A stretch of 64,000 bases of DNA, from assembly GCA_963713855.1 (NCBI GenBank), contig OY970209.1:1216001-1280000 (forward strand), given 5' to 3'. A program made the position numbers and the translations under genes. The number at the start of each line of letters is the position of its first letter. Position 1 is the first letter of the stretch. The DNA comes from an uncultured bacterium. GTDB taxonomy: Bacteria; Babelota; Babeliae; Babelales; Babelaceae. Of the stretch, positions 1 to 10,554 are shown piece by piece. The notes under the pieces were generated by a model. It did no database searches. It saw nothing but the letters and a program-made list of their open reading frames with translations, and was not told the origin of the DNA.

Positions 1-2
1 TT

Positions 3-1319
3 TTAAAATCAGTTGAACCTCTTTTAAATGACAAGGACTCTCAACTTCATATGCTTTGCCAAGTTCTACCAAAGTCAGAAATCACGAGAAAGGGCACAGT
101 AACGCCTGTTTTACAAAATACACCGGCTTTATCAAATACGTCTACAGCACTTGTACTCTATGAAGAAAAAAGTGGCAATCAGCTGCCCTCATGCATCATT
201 ATAGAGCATGACTACTCTCAGGCGCATAATAAAACTATACTGCCAGAGCGTTCTTTCACGCTTAGAATCTTAAAGCACGTAAAAACGGCGGAAACAGTCA
301 GTAAGTACGAAGAACGTGTACCTACACTTTTGCTTGAAGCTGGAACAAAAACAGAAAATGCGTCACTGTCCTCTGATGTGGCTTTGATTTTCAATAACAG
401 GATCTTTATAGAGCACGTTTCTGATCAACCGAGTGAAACCTGCCAGAACACTCTTGATGCACCAACAAAAGTGGAACCAGTTGCGCGCGCGCCTCTTATT
501 CCCTATAAAACACTTTCTTTGCCGGAGATACCGGAAGAACTGACGGCACTTATAGCTTTAATTGATGCTGATCCTCTTTCCGCCGACAATAAAACAAGCC
601 CCAAAGAAGGCCTTACGAAATCTAAGAAAAATCCTGTACTTAAGAAAATTCCACAGGACGAAAAACCGCTTACGGAAAGTAAGGATACGGAAAAAATTCC
701 CTCTACAAATAACACATCTCAAACCTCAGAACACAAGTCCGCCCCTCAACAAGGTTTTGGAGGAGTATTCCTGCCACCTAAGATGCAGGCACCCGCTCAA
801 AACGCTACTGGCTCTTCAGGAGGGGGAGTTTCTGGGATGGTTCCACAACACCAAGTTTTTTTTCCAAGTGTTGGGCAGCCATTTATACAGCAAGTTACCG
901 TCCCACAAAGTCAAAACCAAGCTCCATCGTTCGACGCAAAGCCCATCATTTCAAATACCGAATATTTCCCGCCATCAATGAATACATTTAGCACGCCCAA
1001 AGAAGAAAACGTGAAGGTGTCCTTCCTTCCCCAAATCACTCTCCCAGAGCAAAAAAAGGTAGCAAAAAAAGATCCAGCTCCAGAACCCCAAAAGACTACT
1101 CCAATTATTTCGGCACCAAAACGTGAAGAAAGAAAAAGGTACGAAAAAGAGGTTTTAACTCCAAAAAAAAGGCACGTGAAGAAAGACCGGTCGGGCCCAA
1201 TACCAGTCACTGGCAGAAAAAGACGGATAGTCGTGTTTTTAGCAGCTGGCTGCTTTGCGGCTTTTTTTAGCAGAAAACTATGGTCGATGATGAACAAAAA
1301 AACCAGTCGTTCAGGCTAA
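3..1319 (+). CDS. Hypothetical low-complexity (Pro/Thr/Lys-rich) protein with C-terminal membrane anchor; 5'-truncated by window edge
   Basis: Frame has no stop from position 3 to the ATG at 51; C-terminal basic stretch followed by hydrophobic IVVFLAAGCFAAFF. Confidence 0.7.
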   Translation, partial: LKSVEPLLNDKDSQLHMLCQVLPKSEITRKGTVTPVLQNTPALSNTSTALVLYEEKSGNQLPSCIIIEHDYSQAHNKTILPERSFTLRILKHVKTAETVSKYEERVPTLLLEAGTKTENASLSSDVALIFNNRIFIEHVSDQPSETCQNTLDAPTKVEPVARAPLIPYKTLSLPEIPEELTALIALIDADPLSADNKTSPKEGLTKSKKNPVLKKIPQDEKPLTESKDTEKIPSTNNTSQTSEHKSAPQQGFGGVFLPPKMQAPAQNATGSSGGGVSGMVPQHQVFFPSVGQPFIQQVTVPQSQNQAPSFDAKPIISNTEYFPPSMNTFSTPKEENVKVSFLPQITLPEQKKVAKKDPAPEPQKTTPIISAPKREERKRYEKEVLTPKKRHVKKDRSGPIPVTGRKRRIVVFLAAGCFAAFFSRKLWSMMNKKTSRSG

Positions 1320-1452
1320 GTAGCGCAACTAAAATAAAAATATTTTTTCTTACTATTTATAAATAGATGAAAGATTAAGGCCTTAAAAGTCAATTTTATA
1401 ACCAAAAAGGTGTATACTAAAGTACCATGTTACTCTTTCTTAGAGGAATAAA

Positions 1453-2919
1453 ATGGTACATCTATCTTACTTTATCTTGCCTGCAACTCTTATTTTCTGC
1501 ACCGTTGACGCCATGGAGTGTACCTATGCATCACGCGTACAGCGCTCCGAAATCCCAACACTATGCAATTCACTAAGCATCATTTTTGACGAGTTAGCTC
1601 TTGGAAACTCTCCGCAAAGAGCTATTTCATGCTGGTCTGAAGAAATGTTAAAGCTTCTAAAAAAAGGAGCAAACATCAATGACCTAGACGAGGAAGGTAA
1701 AAATATACTACATCATTTTCTTTGCTGGTTGCTAAAAGAAGAAAATCAGGATCTCGATTTTGACGTAGAAAGTATTCTCGATAATCTCTTTTTAGGCCAA
1801 GGTGCTACATTTATTAATTACGAAGGACTCTTACAAGAAATTGTATCATCACGAGCTTTGACTAAATCGCCAGCTTTAAGAAAAGTAATCTTGTGGCTTA
1901 TAACTAATAATTTTCCTGTGCCACCGATGTCGCAAACGGTACTTACACCGTGCTTACGCGTTCATTCGTTGTTGCAGCTTATTACTAATGGGGAAGAAGA
2001 GTTTATTGCTAGTCTTCAGGCAATCCAATTTCTAAGTGACTTATTTTTCCGTGAGCCGCAGACTGGCGTCCTTGCCATGCTATTAGATCAGATAGAAGCT
2101 TCCTACTCTGAAAGAGAACGAGTAATATCTATAGCACTGCCAGTGCATGAAATCATCACGCACAATGAAACTTTGTTTGGAAGATTAACTCCAATAAGCT
2201 TTTTATCTCAACTTTTAGCACCTTCGATGGTACCCTTTTTAAGCGGAGTTCTTGAAATGGCTGCCGGGCGCGGCCATATACGGATTGCAGACTATATAGT
2301 AAATACCCTGGCGCAGGGGCACGAACTATATTGGCTTAACCCTCGAGTGCTTACCAGAGCTATGACAAGAAGCGCGGCTGCTGGACATTTAGACGTTACC
2401 ACATTGCTCATGCAAAGACTTACTAATACACCCCTTAGTTTTGACGAGCCATTTTTGTTAGCTGCAGGTCGGGCACATGTCGATACGCTTATTTATTTTC
2501 TAATGAACCGTGCAGCACTCATAACAGATAACGCTGTCGAAGAAGCACTCTTAATAGCTTCTCGGCAGAACAATCTAACTGTTATACAGGCGATCGTAGG
2601 CTACAGAAGAACTTTTGACACTTGCTTCTGGAAAAGAGTTATAGAAAGCTGTCTGAAGCTTGCTTCCATACGACTCAATAAACATGTCTTTAGTTTTTTG
2701 CTCAAGTTTGATAGAGAAGAAGGTTTCATCATAGATACGCGATCTATCGCCACGATCATGCACGAACTTTCGCAAGATACCAACTTGCCACGAAATATGC
2801 GTATACAATATGCTAATTTTGTAACGCAACTCAATAGACACAAGCCAAATCCGCCTTCAAGCATTGATTTTCTAAGTCGGATTCTTAAATCGATTCAACC
2901 TACTATTGAACACTCTTAG
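1453..2919 (+). CDS. Secreted ankyrin-repeat protein
   Basis: Signal peptide ending VDA|ME; KGANINDLDEEGKNILH and several degenerate ankyrin units (AAGRGH, AAAGHLDV); GAGG RBS upstream. Confidence 0.8.
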   Translation: MVHLSYFILPATLIFCTVDAMECTYASRVQRSEIPTLCNSLSIIFDELALGNSPQRAISCWSEEMLKLLKKGANINDLDEEGKNILHHFLCWLLKEENQDLDFDVESILDNLFLGQGATFINYEGLLQEIVSSRALTKSPALRKVILWLITNNFPVPPMSQTVLTPCLRVHSLLQLITNGEEEFIASLQAIQFLSDLFFREPQTGVLAMLLDQIEASYSERERVISIALPVHEIITHNETLFGRLTPISFLSQLLAPSMVPFLSGVLEMAAGRGHIRIADYIVNTLAQGHELYWLNPRVLTRAMTRSAAAGHLDVTTLLMQRLTNTPLSFDEPFLLAAGRAHVDTLIYFLMNRAALITDNAVEEALLIASRQNNLTVIQAIVGYRRTFDTCFWKRVIESCLKLASIRLNKHVFSFLLKFDREEGFIIDTRSIATIMHELSQDTNLPRNMRIQYANFVTQLNRHKPNPPSSIDFLSRILKSIQPTIEHS

Positions 2920-2969
2920 CAACGTCGTGGTTATCTTTTGCAAAAGCGGACAGATGTATCGTATGCCGG

Positions 2970-4313
2970 TTAAGTCAGACTTAGCATAGCTTGGTACTGC
3001 AGTGCGATATGATCAGGTATAAGGCTATCAAGCATCTTAACTGCATCAAAAATTGCTCTCCAATCGCAAAGTATTGGGTAATGAAGTTGTTTTTTTGAAA
3101 GCCACCTAAAATACTCATCGAGGTTTTCTCCAGCTTCCAATCGGCGCGTCAATGTTTTTTGTAGCGGCAAGAAATATAAAAGAGGAAAAGGATCAAAAAA
3201 TCCGCTGGACCATTGTAACGTATCTAGTAAAGCTTTTGTGCGATTTCGTGCATCTTCTGCGCTAATATCAAATCCATAAGCCTGATGAGGAATACCAGCG
3301 ATCATAAAAGCATTAATAGTGTGTAGGCATTTACCGCAGCGGCAGCAGTTAGCATCGATCAGGTGCTGGCATACTTTGACTCGAGGCCTTTCTAAGCCAT
3401 GCTTAGTGCAGACGTTCTCAATAATAGCCGCCTTTTGTGAACGATTAAGCTCAAAGGCGTCATGTTGCACATGAACCCCTGCGTAAGAAAGCACGTCATC
3501 GACTAACGGTATTCCCGCAAAAGGATACGGCATGTCCGCCGTAATCGTTGATGCTATGCGTACAAGTGGACAGCCATTCGTAACCAGAACAGGAGCTGCT
3601 AATCCTATCCAGCTCATATTTTCAACGGCGTTATAGCGCCACGATCGTATCTCCGGAGAAATAGTTTCAACCTTTGCCGTATTAATAAAAAACCACGGAT
3701 TTGAGCTTATAAAAGCATTTTCATGGCCGTAAGTGCGAGAAAAAGATCGAAAGCGCTCTTTTTCTTCGATCGATGAAAGACTTGATAAATCTGAGGCACC
3801 AGCAACGGATATAAGAAGCTGTTTTTGCGGATAATATCTAAAGCACGTAGATACCGAATCGAGGCCACCAGTAAAAAAGAGCGCTGTGCCAGAAGACCAA
3901 GGGCCAGGCTTAATCGCGTGTTTCACCAACTTTTTGGGAATAAGTTTTCCAGACCAGCAGGTCTTTGGATACATAATCGTAAATATCTCTTTAACTCGTG
4001 CGAGAGCATAATACAAATCCTCATCCATTTCCTCAATACTATAGAGCCGACCAGAGATCCAGATGATAGAAATAACATTTAAAACAAAAGGTATCGTCAC
4101 TATTGAGTAATTGAGCTTTGTAAGATCTATATCTTCATATTCAGCAAAAAAATGGGAATTTAAAAAGTCATTATGAAAAGCTTCTTCTGCTACCACTTGC
4201 AGTTTGTTTTGAGTAATGATGAGTTCTTTAATAAGGTCTGGTACTGTAAAAATGCAAGAATTCTGAAGCAAAAAGCAAAATGCAACTAGCCTATACGACA
4301 TACTAAATTTCAT
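2970..4313 (-). CDS. PP-loop (adenine nucleotide alpha hydrolase-like) protein with C-terminal Cys cluster, function unknown
   Basis: LFFTGGLDS PP-loop motif; NCCRCGKCLHT metal-binding motif as in QueC/MurL-like proteins; hydrophobic N-terminus. Confidence 0.6.
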   Translation of the reverse strand: MKFSMSYRLVAFCFLLQNSCIFTVPDLIKELIITQNKLQVVAEEAFHNDFLNSHFFAEYEDIDLTKLNYSIVTIPFVLNVISIIWISGRLYSIEEMDEDLYYALARVKEIFTIMYPKTCWSGKLIPKKLVKHAIKPGPWSSGTALFFTGGLDSVSTCFRYYPQKQLLISVAGASDLSSLSSIEEKERFRSFSRTYGHENAFISSNPWFFINTAKVETISPEIRSWRYNAVENMSWIGLAAPVLVTNGCPLVRIASTITADMPYPFAGIPLVDDVLSYAGVHVQHDAFELNRSQKAAIIENVCTKHGLERPRVKVCQHLIDANCCRCGKCLHTINAFMIAGIPHQAYGFDISAEDARNRTKALLDTLQWSSGFFDPFPLLYFLPLQKTLTRRLEAGENLDEYFRWLSKKQLHYPILCDWRAIFDAVKMLDSLIPDHIALQYQAMLSLT

Positions 4314-4649
4314 CTACTACTCCCCTATTAGCTTCATTAGCGTCAAAAAAGGTTTCTGAAGACACAGCCCTTCGAGTAGTAACATGCTATAACGCGCCAC
4401 AAATTTGTGCAATTAAAAAGCAAAAGAGGATTGCTCACGTCATTTTATGTAATAAAAATTATAGGCTGATAGCACAAATAATCAAATTTTAGAACATTTT
4501 TCTGGTCTTTTGCCTAAAAATTCTGCCCGGTCCTTCTCGAGGAAAAGGGGTTTAATTATATACTTTTTTGAAACTTCTTGAGGCGTCTCTTGATTCTCCA
4601 GGGCAAAAAAGAGTATTATAATAAAAATATAAAGAAGGAGAAACCGAAA

Positions 4650-4853
4650 ATGGCATATAGCGTTAAATCAAAAAAGAGTGGCAAAACGTATTACTTGCAC
4701 TCCAAGGATGTTGTTTTGCGTAATGGACGCAAGCAAAAGATCTTCTACTTTTCTGGTAGCATTGGCAAAGAAGCTTTGAATGCTGTCCCTGCAGGTTACG
4801 AAGTTATTGAAAGCCCGCTAACAGGTTTACCACTCTTAAGAAGAAAAAAGTAA
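4650..4853 (+). CDS. Small basic protein (67 aa), probable nucleic-acid binding
   Basis: AAGGAG RBS at 4635-4640 before ATG 4650 (MAYSVKSKKSGKTYYL...); own terminator immediately downstream. Confidence 0.8.
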   Translation: MAYSVKSKKSGKTYYLHSKDVVLRNGRKQKIFYFSGSIGKEALNAVPAGYEVIESPLTGLPLLRRKK

Positions 4854-4862
4854 GACTTTTAT

Positions 4863-4894
4863 GAGCGGGGCAGTTCTGCCTCGCTCTTTTTTTG
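4863..4894 (+). terminator. Rho-independent terminator
   Basis: GAGCGGGGCAG-TT-CTGCCTCGCTC stem followed by a T7 tract. Confidence 0.85.
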
Positions 4895-4924
4895 TAAAAT
4901 ACTGTAGCTCCCCTAAGATCGCTA

Positions 4925-5430
4925 ATGGAAGAACACGCAGTATCTTGAAGAAATAAAGCACAAGGACTATGTCCTTCGTCATCGGCCACACAATTACGAC
5001 AGCCTTATGCATTTGATTTTTAAGTCTTGCAACGCATCACCAGTTCTAAAAACCATCAGGAACTTTCGCGGAAAGTTATCCAGAAGGAATTAATAAAACA
5101 GCTGTTTGACAAATTCCCCGGGGACATAATATCATTATCATGCAAAAGATTCCCAGCAGTGAAATTCGACGATGGTACGCGAAAAAAGCTATCGAGAATG
5201 GCTGGAGCCGCAATTTGCTGGCATTATGGATTGAATCAAACTTACATGAGCGGCAGGCAAAGCCCTAATAATTTTAAAGAGACTTTGCCCAAGGCACAAT
5301 CAGACCTTGCAGAGCAAATCCTCAAGGATCCTTATAACTTTGGATTTCTTACTCTAGAAACTGCTTATCGAGAAAAAGAACTGGAGCAAGGCCTTATTGA
5401 TCATATTCAGAAGCTCCTATTACAACGCTC
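4925..5430 (+). pseudogene. Frameshifted, truncated DUF1016/YhcG PDDEXK nuclease family pseudogene
   Basis: One frame reads WYAKKAIENGWSRNLL, another NNFKETLP...LKDPYNFGFL...EKELEQGLIDHIQKLLL; both are YhcG hallmarks; C-terminus absent. Confidence 0.8.
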
Positions 5431-5577
5431 TTCGATGACCTTTGTCGTTTTTTCCGCTCTGTGCCCTTCAGAAAACGTCGGAAGCCTCCATATTATTTTC
5501 TTTCTGGATATTATTGACAAATGAGCCATGATATAGGTAGTTTATTAAGTAAGATAAATTCAAAATTAGGTGATTTT

Positions 5578-6765
5578 ATGAATATTGGACTAAAATATAT
5601 TAGTTGTCTACTTGTGCTTTTTAGTTTTCTGTCAATAAAAGCCGTAAGCGAAGAGGAACAAAAAGCCCTAAATCTTAAGCTAGAAAACGCCATACAGACG
5701 CAAGATACTGAAATAGTGCGAGGGGTACTAGATGAGGGTGCTAACGCTAACGCTCTTTCATCAAATGAGCAGCCTCTTATTATTTTAGCAGCCCAAAGAG
5801 GTTCTTTACCTATAGTTGAGCTTTTATTGCAACATGGTGCAAGCATTAATACCTCCATAATAAATGAGCGCCAAGTCATAACCCCACTTTATGCGAGTTT
5901 GAGAAATCGAGTCCCAGAAAGTGGATCAGCAACAGACGCACTAGAGTGGTACATTGCTCGTGGAGCAAACCCCAATATCCATAATGGCGCTGATCGACTA
6001 ACATCAATTACGCAAGATAGATGGCGGGAACGATATCGCTATCTATTTAGTCATGGTTTAAGACTGAGCGGTAATGATTTACGAGATGCAGTTACGCGAA
6101 ATATGGTGCATTTGATATATCACGATAGGCCCTTATTAGAACACACAATTTTGCAAGAACAAGAGCTTGCTCAGGCAGTTCTAACAGAGCTTCACCACAC
6201 AGCCCTTCATGATGAGTTGACAGAACGTAATCTGGTTGATATCAACGAAGCCCTTTTGCTGTCCATAGCTCAAGACAACCCTGTTGTTTTTAATAACATC
6301 CTTAATATGTTTGGAACCATTGCTTCCTATGAAGCCGAAGGTTTAGTTTTAGATCTAGGCCCAGCTCTTGTTTTAGCGGCTCTTGTTGGCAACGATTACG
6401 CTCTGAGCCAAATAAGCAACTACTTTTTAATCCCTTGGGCGAGTAGGCCACAAGACTTTACAAGCTTGCTCAATGAAAGCCTATTGGTAGCTATTTTGCA
6501 AAAGCATGCAGAAACAGTCGCAAAAATCTTATCGATCGCTGCGAGTAAAGGAATATCTTTGAGGCTCGAGAATGCTCTGCAAATAGTTACTAGTATTCTT
6601 GAAAATTGGGGTTTAACACCTAGTGAACGAGATGGTCTTGAAAATATACGTACGCTTTTAAGAGAAAGGCACGAAACAACTTCTGTTTCGGGAGCTCTTA
6701 GCAACATAGCCCTAGTTTTACCGCTGCTTACAGAAGCTTTAAAAGAAACTACGTTTCAGAAATAG
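5578..6765 (+). CDS. Secreted ankyrin-repeat protein
   Basis: Likely start MNIGLKY (signal peptide); GANAN...LAAQRGSLPIVELLLQHGASIN ankyrin repeats. Confidence 0.8.
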   Translation: MNIGLKYISCLLVLFSFLSIKAVSEEEQKALNLKLENAIQTQDTEIVRGVLDEGANANALSSNEQPLIILAAQRGSLPIVELLLQHGASINTSIINERQVITPLYASLRNRVPESGSATDALEWYIARGANPNIHNGADRLTSITQDRWRERYRYLFSHGLRLSGNDLRDAVTRNMVHLIYHDRPLLEHTILQEQELAQAVLTELHHTALHDELTERNLVDINEALLLSIAQDNPVVFNNILNMFGTIASYEAEGLVLDLGPALVLAALVGNDYALSQISNYFLIPWASRPQDFTSLLNESLLVAILQKHAETVAKILSIAASKGISLRLENALQIVTSILENWGLTPSERDGLENIRTLLRERHETTSVSGALSNIALVLPLLTEALKETTFQK

Positions 6766-6819
6766 CTTCCTAAGCCGTATATCGATTGAGCTTCCTGCCA
6801 TGATTAAAAAAATCATCCA

Positions 6820-8946
6820 TTAAAGAGGTATCTCTTTACTTGTCAAAACTTTGCCAGGTTTTGGGGGTATTCGCTCAAATAATTTCATTACCGAGTTTAT
6901 TAAATCAGTAATATCGAATACCCTATCTTGTTGATACCACCCAGTAAAAGGTCCACGATCTATAGAATATAAGAATGCCTTACCTCTTTTGAGAGCTTCG
7001 ATAGTACTTTGGATTAAGGGCGGAGTTTTTGGATTTTTGAGCCCTAATCTATAAGCTTGTGCTATAGCGTTAAGAGCCTCATTTAAGCTGAGCATGAAAT
7101 GAGCTCGGATACGGAGTGTGTCATTAAAAAGAGTTCTCTGATTCTCGTTCAGCTGGTTAACCAGGACATCACATTGGTTTGCTACTTCTTGGAATTTTAA
7201 CTTCGACGCGAGCGTGCCTTCAATTAATGCATCGATTTGATTTTTGGACAGGTTATCTTTTGGAACAATGTTAAAGGTGCGTCCTTGCACAGATTCTGTT
7301 CCAAGGTCAGTTAGCGGATTTGGATTAAATGCTTTTTTAAAGGATTTTACAAGCTGGCTAATTGCTTTTTGATAACGTAAGTCTTGAAACACATATTGCC
7401 TTTTAAATCCGGGTAAATCAGATTTTTTTTGGCTCCAGAAGGCATCAAAATATTCTTTATATAGGCGTGCGATTGTTTGGGCGCTATCATCACCAAAATA
7501 ACGTCTACAAAAATCGAGTACAAAAATATCGGTGTTGTATTTTTCGAAATTCCACATCATTGCTGCATGGGCTGACAAACTCAGAAGATGCTCTCTTATG
7601 TTGCCAACATTAACGATAGAAAAGTAAACGGGACGAGCAAGCTTTTTCCGGAGATACCTAAAATTATCTTCCATTTTCCATGGTCCTTCTGCCTGTGCAA
7701 GATGCGAGCCGGTAGATGTAAACTGCAGATTCATGTAATATCCAACATTCATATCCAAGCTATTATCTTCAAATTTTTGAAGCTCTTTACCGGGGTAATG
7801 ATCGCGCCGAGCCGCAACGAAGATCAATGTAACATTCGGACCTACTGGAGGCTGTATCATATTTTGATGATAGAGGTCCGCTACTTCATTATAAAGTATG
7901 GTTCGATATTCTTGGGGAACACCCATGATTTCTGCTACAAGCGCTTTTTGTCTAGCTAACATCTTAGTAATAATTTGACCCCGTTCTTTTGCCGAGCGCG
8001 GAGCATCCTTAAAGGTCTGCCAAAAAGGATTGTCTCCAGCACCACGAAATCCGAGTACCCAGACCATAGGAATTCCTGCTTTCTTGATCTGTTCTATTTT
8101 GTAACGCCAGAACTCTTCTATTTGTGCCTGATTTTTTAACAATAGTTCTGGAGGATTCATCTTTCTTACTGTTCTCCAGTAAGCATCCCATTGTTCGAAA
8201 GAACTGCCTAAGGGACTGTGATGGTGAGAAGTATTAACTAGCCCGTATGAATGTATGAGTTTTACCGTGGGAGAGACGCCAAACTCTCCAAAGAAATCAT
8301 ACTTATCTGTATCGAGCCATTCTATAACGTTTAACTTCAGCCTCAGTGCAGTCTCAAGCCATATCTCATTATTTTCCTTCGATAATTTTCGCCAAGGGGC
8401 TATTAAGTCCATATCGTTAAGAAACCAGCCACGATATTTAACTTCTGGGGATGGATAGGTAAGATTGAGATTAAGTGGAATGGTGATTTTTTTTTCAGGT
8501 GCCCACCCTGCAAAAAACCATAAAGGTGGAACACCCAGTACTTTTTCGCTAAAGGTATAAATAGCGTAAATAGTACCGCGAGTATCCGATCCGTGTAAGA
8601 CGATGTGCTCTACGCCATTGAGCGAATGACTGTAGACTCGATGAGCCTCCCAACCTCTCATCGGTTCTAACAAAGTATCTTTTTTTGAATTAAGGATAAT
8701 AATGCCAGGAGAAGTTATTGTACTTAATGGTTTTACTAAAGATTTTTTGCCTAGCACCTTCTTTATATCTCTTTTGAGTGCTTCAATAGCTTTATACTCA
8801 GGGTCCTTAGGTAATAGAGAAGTATACAGTACGATATCACTATCCAGTATGCGATTTTGCCCTAGAACGATAGACGGTAACAGAAAGAGGAAATAAAGTC
8901 CAAAAAGCGAGATGGTACTATTCTTAATCGACTTGAAGTATCCCAT
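6820..8946 (-). CDS. Glycoside hydrolase family 115-like (alpha-glucuronidase-like) protein, secreted
   Basis: GSDTRGTIYAIYTFSEKVLGVPP and VKYRGWFLNDMD match GH115 motifs; N-terminal signal peptide. Confidence 0.75.
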   Translation of the reverse strand: MGYFKSIKNSTISLFGLYFLFLLPSIVLGQNRILDSDIVLYTSLLPKDPEYKAIEALKRDIKKVLGKKSLVKPLSTITSPGIIILNSKKDTLLEPMRGWEAHRVYSHSLNGVEHIVLHGSDTRGTIYAIYTFSEKVLGVPPLWFFAGWAPEKKITIPLNLNLTYPSPEVKYRGWFLNDMDLIAPWRKLSKENNEIWLETALRLKLNVIEWLDTDKYDFFGEFGVSPTVKLIHSYGLVNTSHHHSPLGSSFEQWDAYWRTVRKMNPPELLLKNQAQIEEFWRYKIEQIKKAGIPMVWVLGFRGAGDNPFWQTFKDAPRSAKERGQIITKMLARQKALVAEIMGVPQEYRTILYNEVADLYHQNMIQPPVGPNVTLIFVAARRDHYPGKELQKFEDNSLDMNVGYYMNLQFTSTGSHLAQAEGPWKMEDNFRYLRKKLARPVYFSIVNVGNIREHLLSLSAHAAMMWNFEKYNTDIFVLDFCRRYFGDDSAQTIARLYKEYFDAFWSQKKSDLPGFKRQYVFQDLRYQKAISQLVKSFKKAFNPNPLTDLGTESVQGRTFNIVPKDNLSKNQIDALIEGTLASKLKFQEVANQCDVLVNQLNENQRTLFNDTLRIRAHFMLSLNEALNAIAQAYRLGLKNPKTPPLIQSTIEALKRGKAFLYSIDRGPFTGWYQQDRVFDITDLINSVMKLFERIPPKPGKVLTSKEIPL

Positions 8947-9107
8947 TAATAGCCCTTCGGTTCCATTACTAGAGATAAGCTAACAGCTAAAGCATCTAGA
9001 TATCAATACGTGTAGCTTACCTGCCTTAAAAAGAGAAGGTCGGGCCTGGACTACCCGAACGGGTCTTTTTACGGTACACTTACTAGAAAAAGACTCAAAG
9101 GGACTCT

Positions 9108-10523
9108 ATGAGCCAATTACCGGACATTACGACGCAGTTTTCTGAGTGGTACCTTGACGTTGTGTATAAAGCTGGCCTTGCCGATCACGCACCAGTACGC
9201 GGTTGTATTGTTGTTATGCCTTATGGGTGCGCTTTGTGGGAGCGTATAACCTGTGTGCTAGATGCAAAAATTAAAGCCACAGGCCATCATAACGCACTCT
9301 TTCCCTTACTCATCCCTGAATCTTTTTTAAAAAAAGAAGCGCAGCATGTTGAGGGCTTTGCGCCCGAGCTTGCAGTTGTGACGTATGCGGGAGGTAAGGA
9401 GCTTGAAGAGCCACTCGTTGTTCGGCCTACCTCCGAAACTATTATACATTACATGTTTGCGCGCTGGATTAAGTCATGGCGCGATCTACCCATGAAAGTC
9501 AACCAGTGGTGCAGCGTTGTTCGTTGGGAGATGCGTACACGTCCCTTCTTCCGCACAACTGAGTTCTGGTGGCAGGAAGGGCACACAGCGCACGAGACTG
9601 CAAAAGAAGCCGAAGAAGAAGCCCGATTGATGCTTGAGCAGTACAGAGATCTTATACAAAATTATCTTGCAATACCTGTTGTAGCGGGCCTTAAATCAGA
9701 ATCTGAACGCTTTGCCGGCGCTGATAAAACTTTTACCCTTGAAGGCATGATGCCCGATGGCAAGGCTCTTCAAATGTGCACATCCCATATGATTTCACAA
9801 AACTTTGCTCGTGCTTTTGGCATGGCCTACCAACACAGGCAGGGCGGCGTATCGTACCCATACCTTACAAGCTGGGGCCTTACTACACGTGTGATAGGTG
9901 CTCTCATCATGACACATGGAGACCAAAAAGGGCTTATTATTCCTCCCGCTATAGCACCAATTCAGGTTGTGATTGTGCCAATTTTTAAGCAAGAATCGCG
10001 ACACGCCGTGCTAGAAGCAGCGCAAAAAATTTCTGACGAATTAAGCAAAACATGCCGTGTGTTTGTAGACACTGACGCTGAAGAAACACCCGGTGCTAAG
10101 TTTTATAAATGGGAGCTTAAAGGTGTACCTTTGCGTATAGAGCTTGGTCCACGAGACCTTGCAGAGGGTAAAGCAACACTCATAAGTCGTATCGACACGA
10201 ACGTTAAAAAAACGTATCCTTTATCTTCGTTGACGGAAATTGTTTTACAAAAACTTGCAGACATCCAAAAAGAGCTTCTTGAAAGAGCTACCAACAAAAG
10301 AGACAAGCTGTGGCATAAAGGGGACACTTTAGAAAACATGGTGCCCGCGCTGGAAAAGGGTGGCTTTCAGCAAGTTGCATGGTGTGGCAAGTACGATTGT
10401 GAGCTTAAGCTTAAAGAGCATAAAGCAACTATTCGCTGTAGGCTTTCGGGTAGTACCGCTCCTGTTTGCTTTGCTTGTAGAGCACCTACGACCGGCGATG
10501 TGCTTGTTGCACGAGCTTATTAA
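9108..10523 (+). CDS. proS: Proline--tRNA ligase (archaeal/eukaryote-like type, no insertion domain)
   Basis: RPTSETII, QWCSVVRWE, FWWQEGHTAH, SWGLTTR, C-terminal Cys zinc site, ends ARAY. Confidence 0.97.
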   Translation: MSQLPDITTQFSEWYLDVVYKAGLADHAPVRGCIVVMPYGCALWERITCVLDAKIKATGHHNALFPLLIPESFLKKEAQHVEGFAPELAVVTYAGGKELEEPLVVRPTSETIIHYMFARWIKSWRDLPMKVNQWCSVVRWEMRTRPFFRTTEFWWQEGHTAHETAKEAEEEARLMLEQYRDLIQNYLAIPVVAGLKSESERFAGADKTFTLEGMMPDGKALQMCTSHMISQNFARAFGMAYQHRQGGVSYPYLTSWGLTTRVIGALIMTHGDQKGLIIPPAIAPIQVVIVPIFKQESRHAVLEAAQKISDELSKTCRVFVDTDAEETPGAKFYKWELKGVPLRIELGPRDLAEGKATLISRIDTNVKKTYPLSSLTEIVLQKLADIQKELLERATNKRDKLWHKGDTLENMVPALEKGGFQQVAWCGKYDCELKLKEHKATIRCRLSGSTAPVCFACRAPTTGDVLVARAY

Positions 10524-10554
10524 TGTTGTATACCTTAAATATGTGAGTCTTTTT

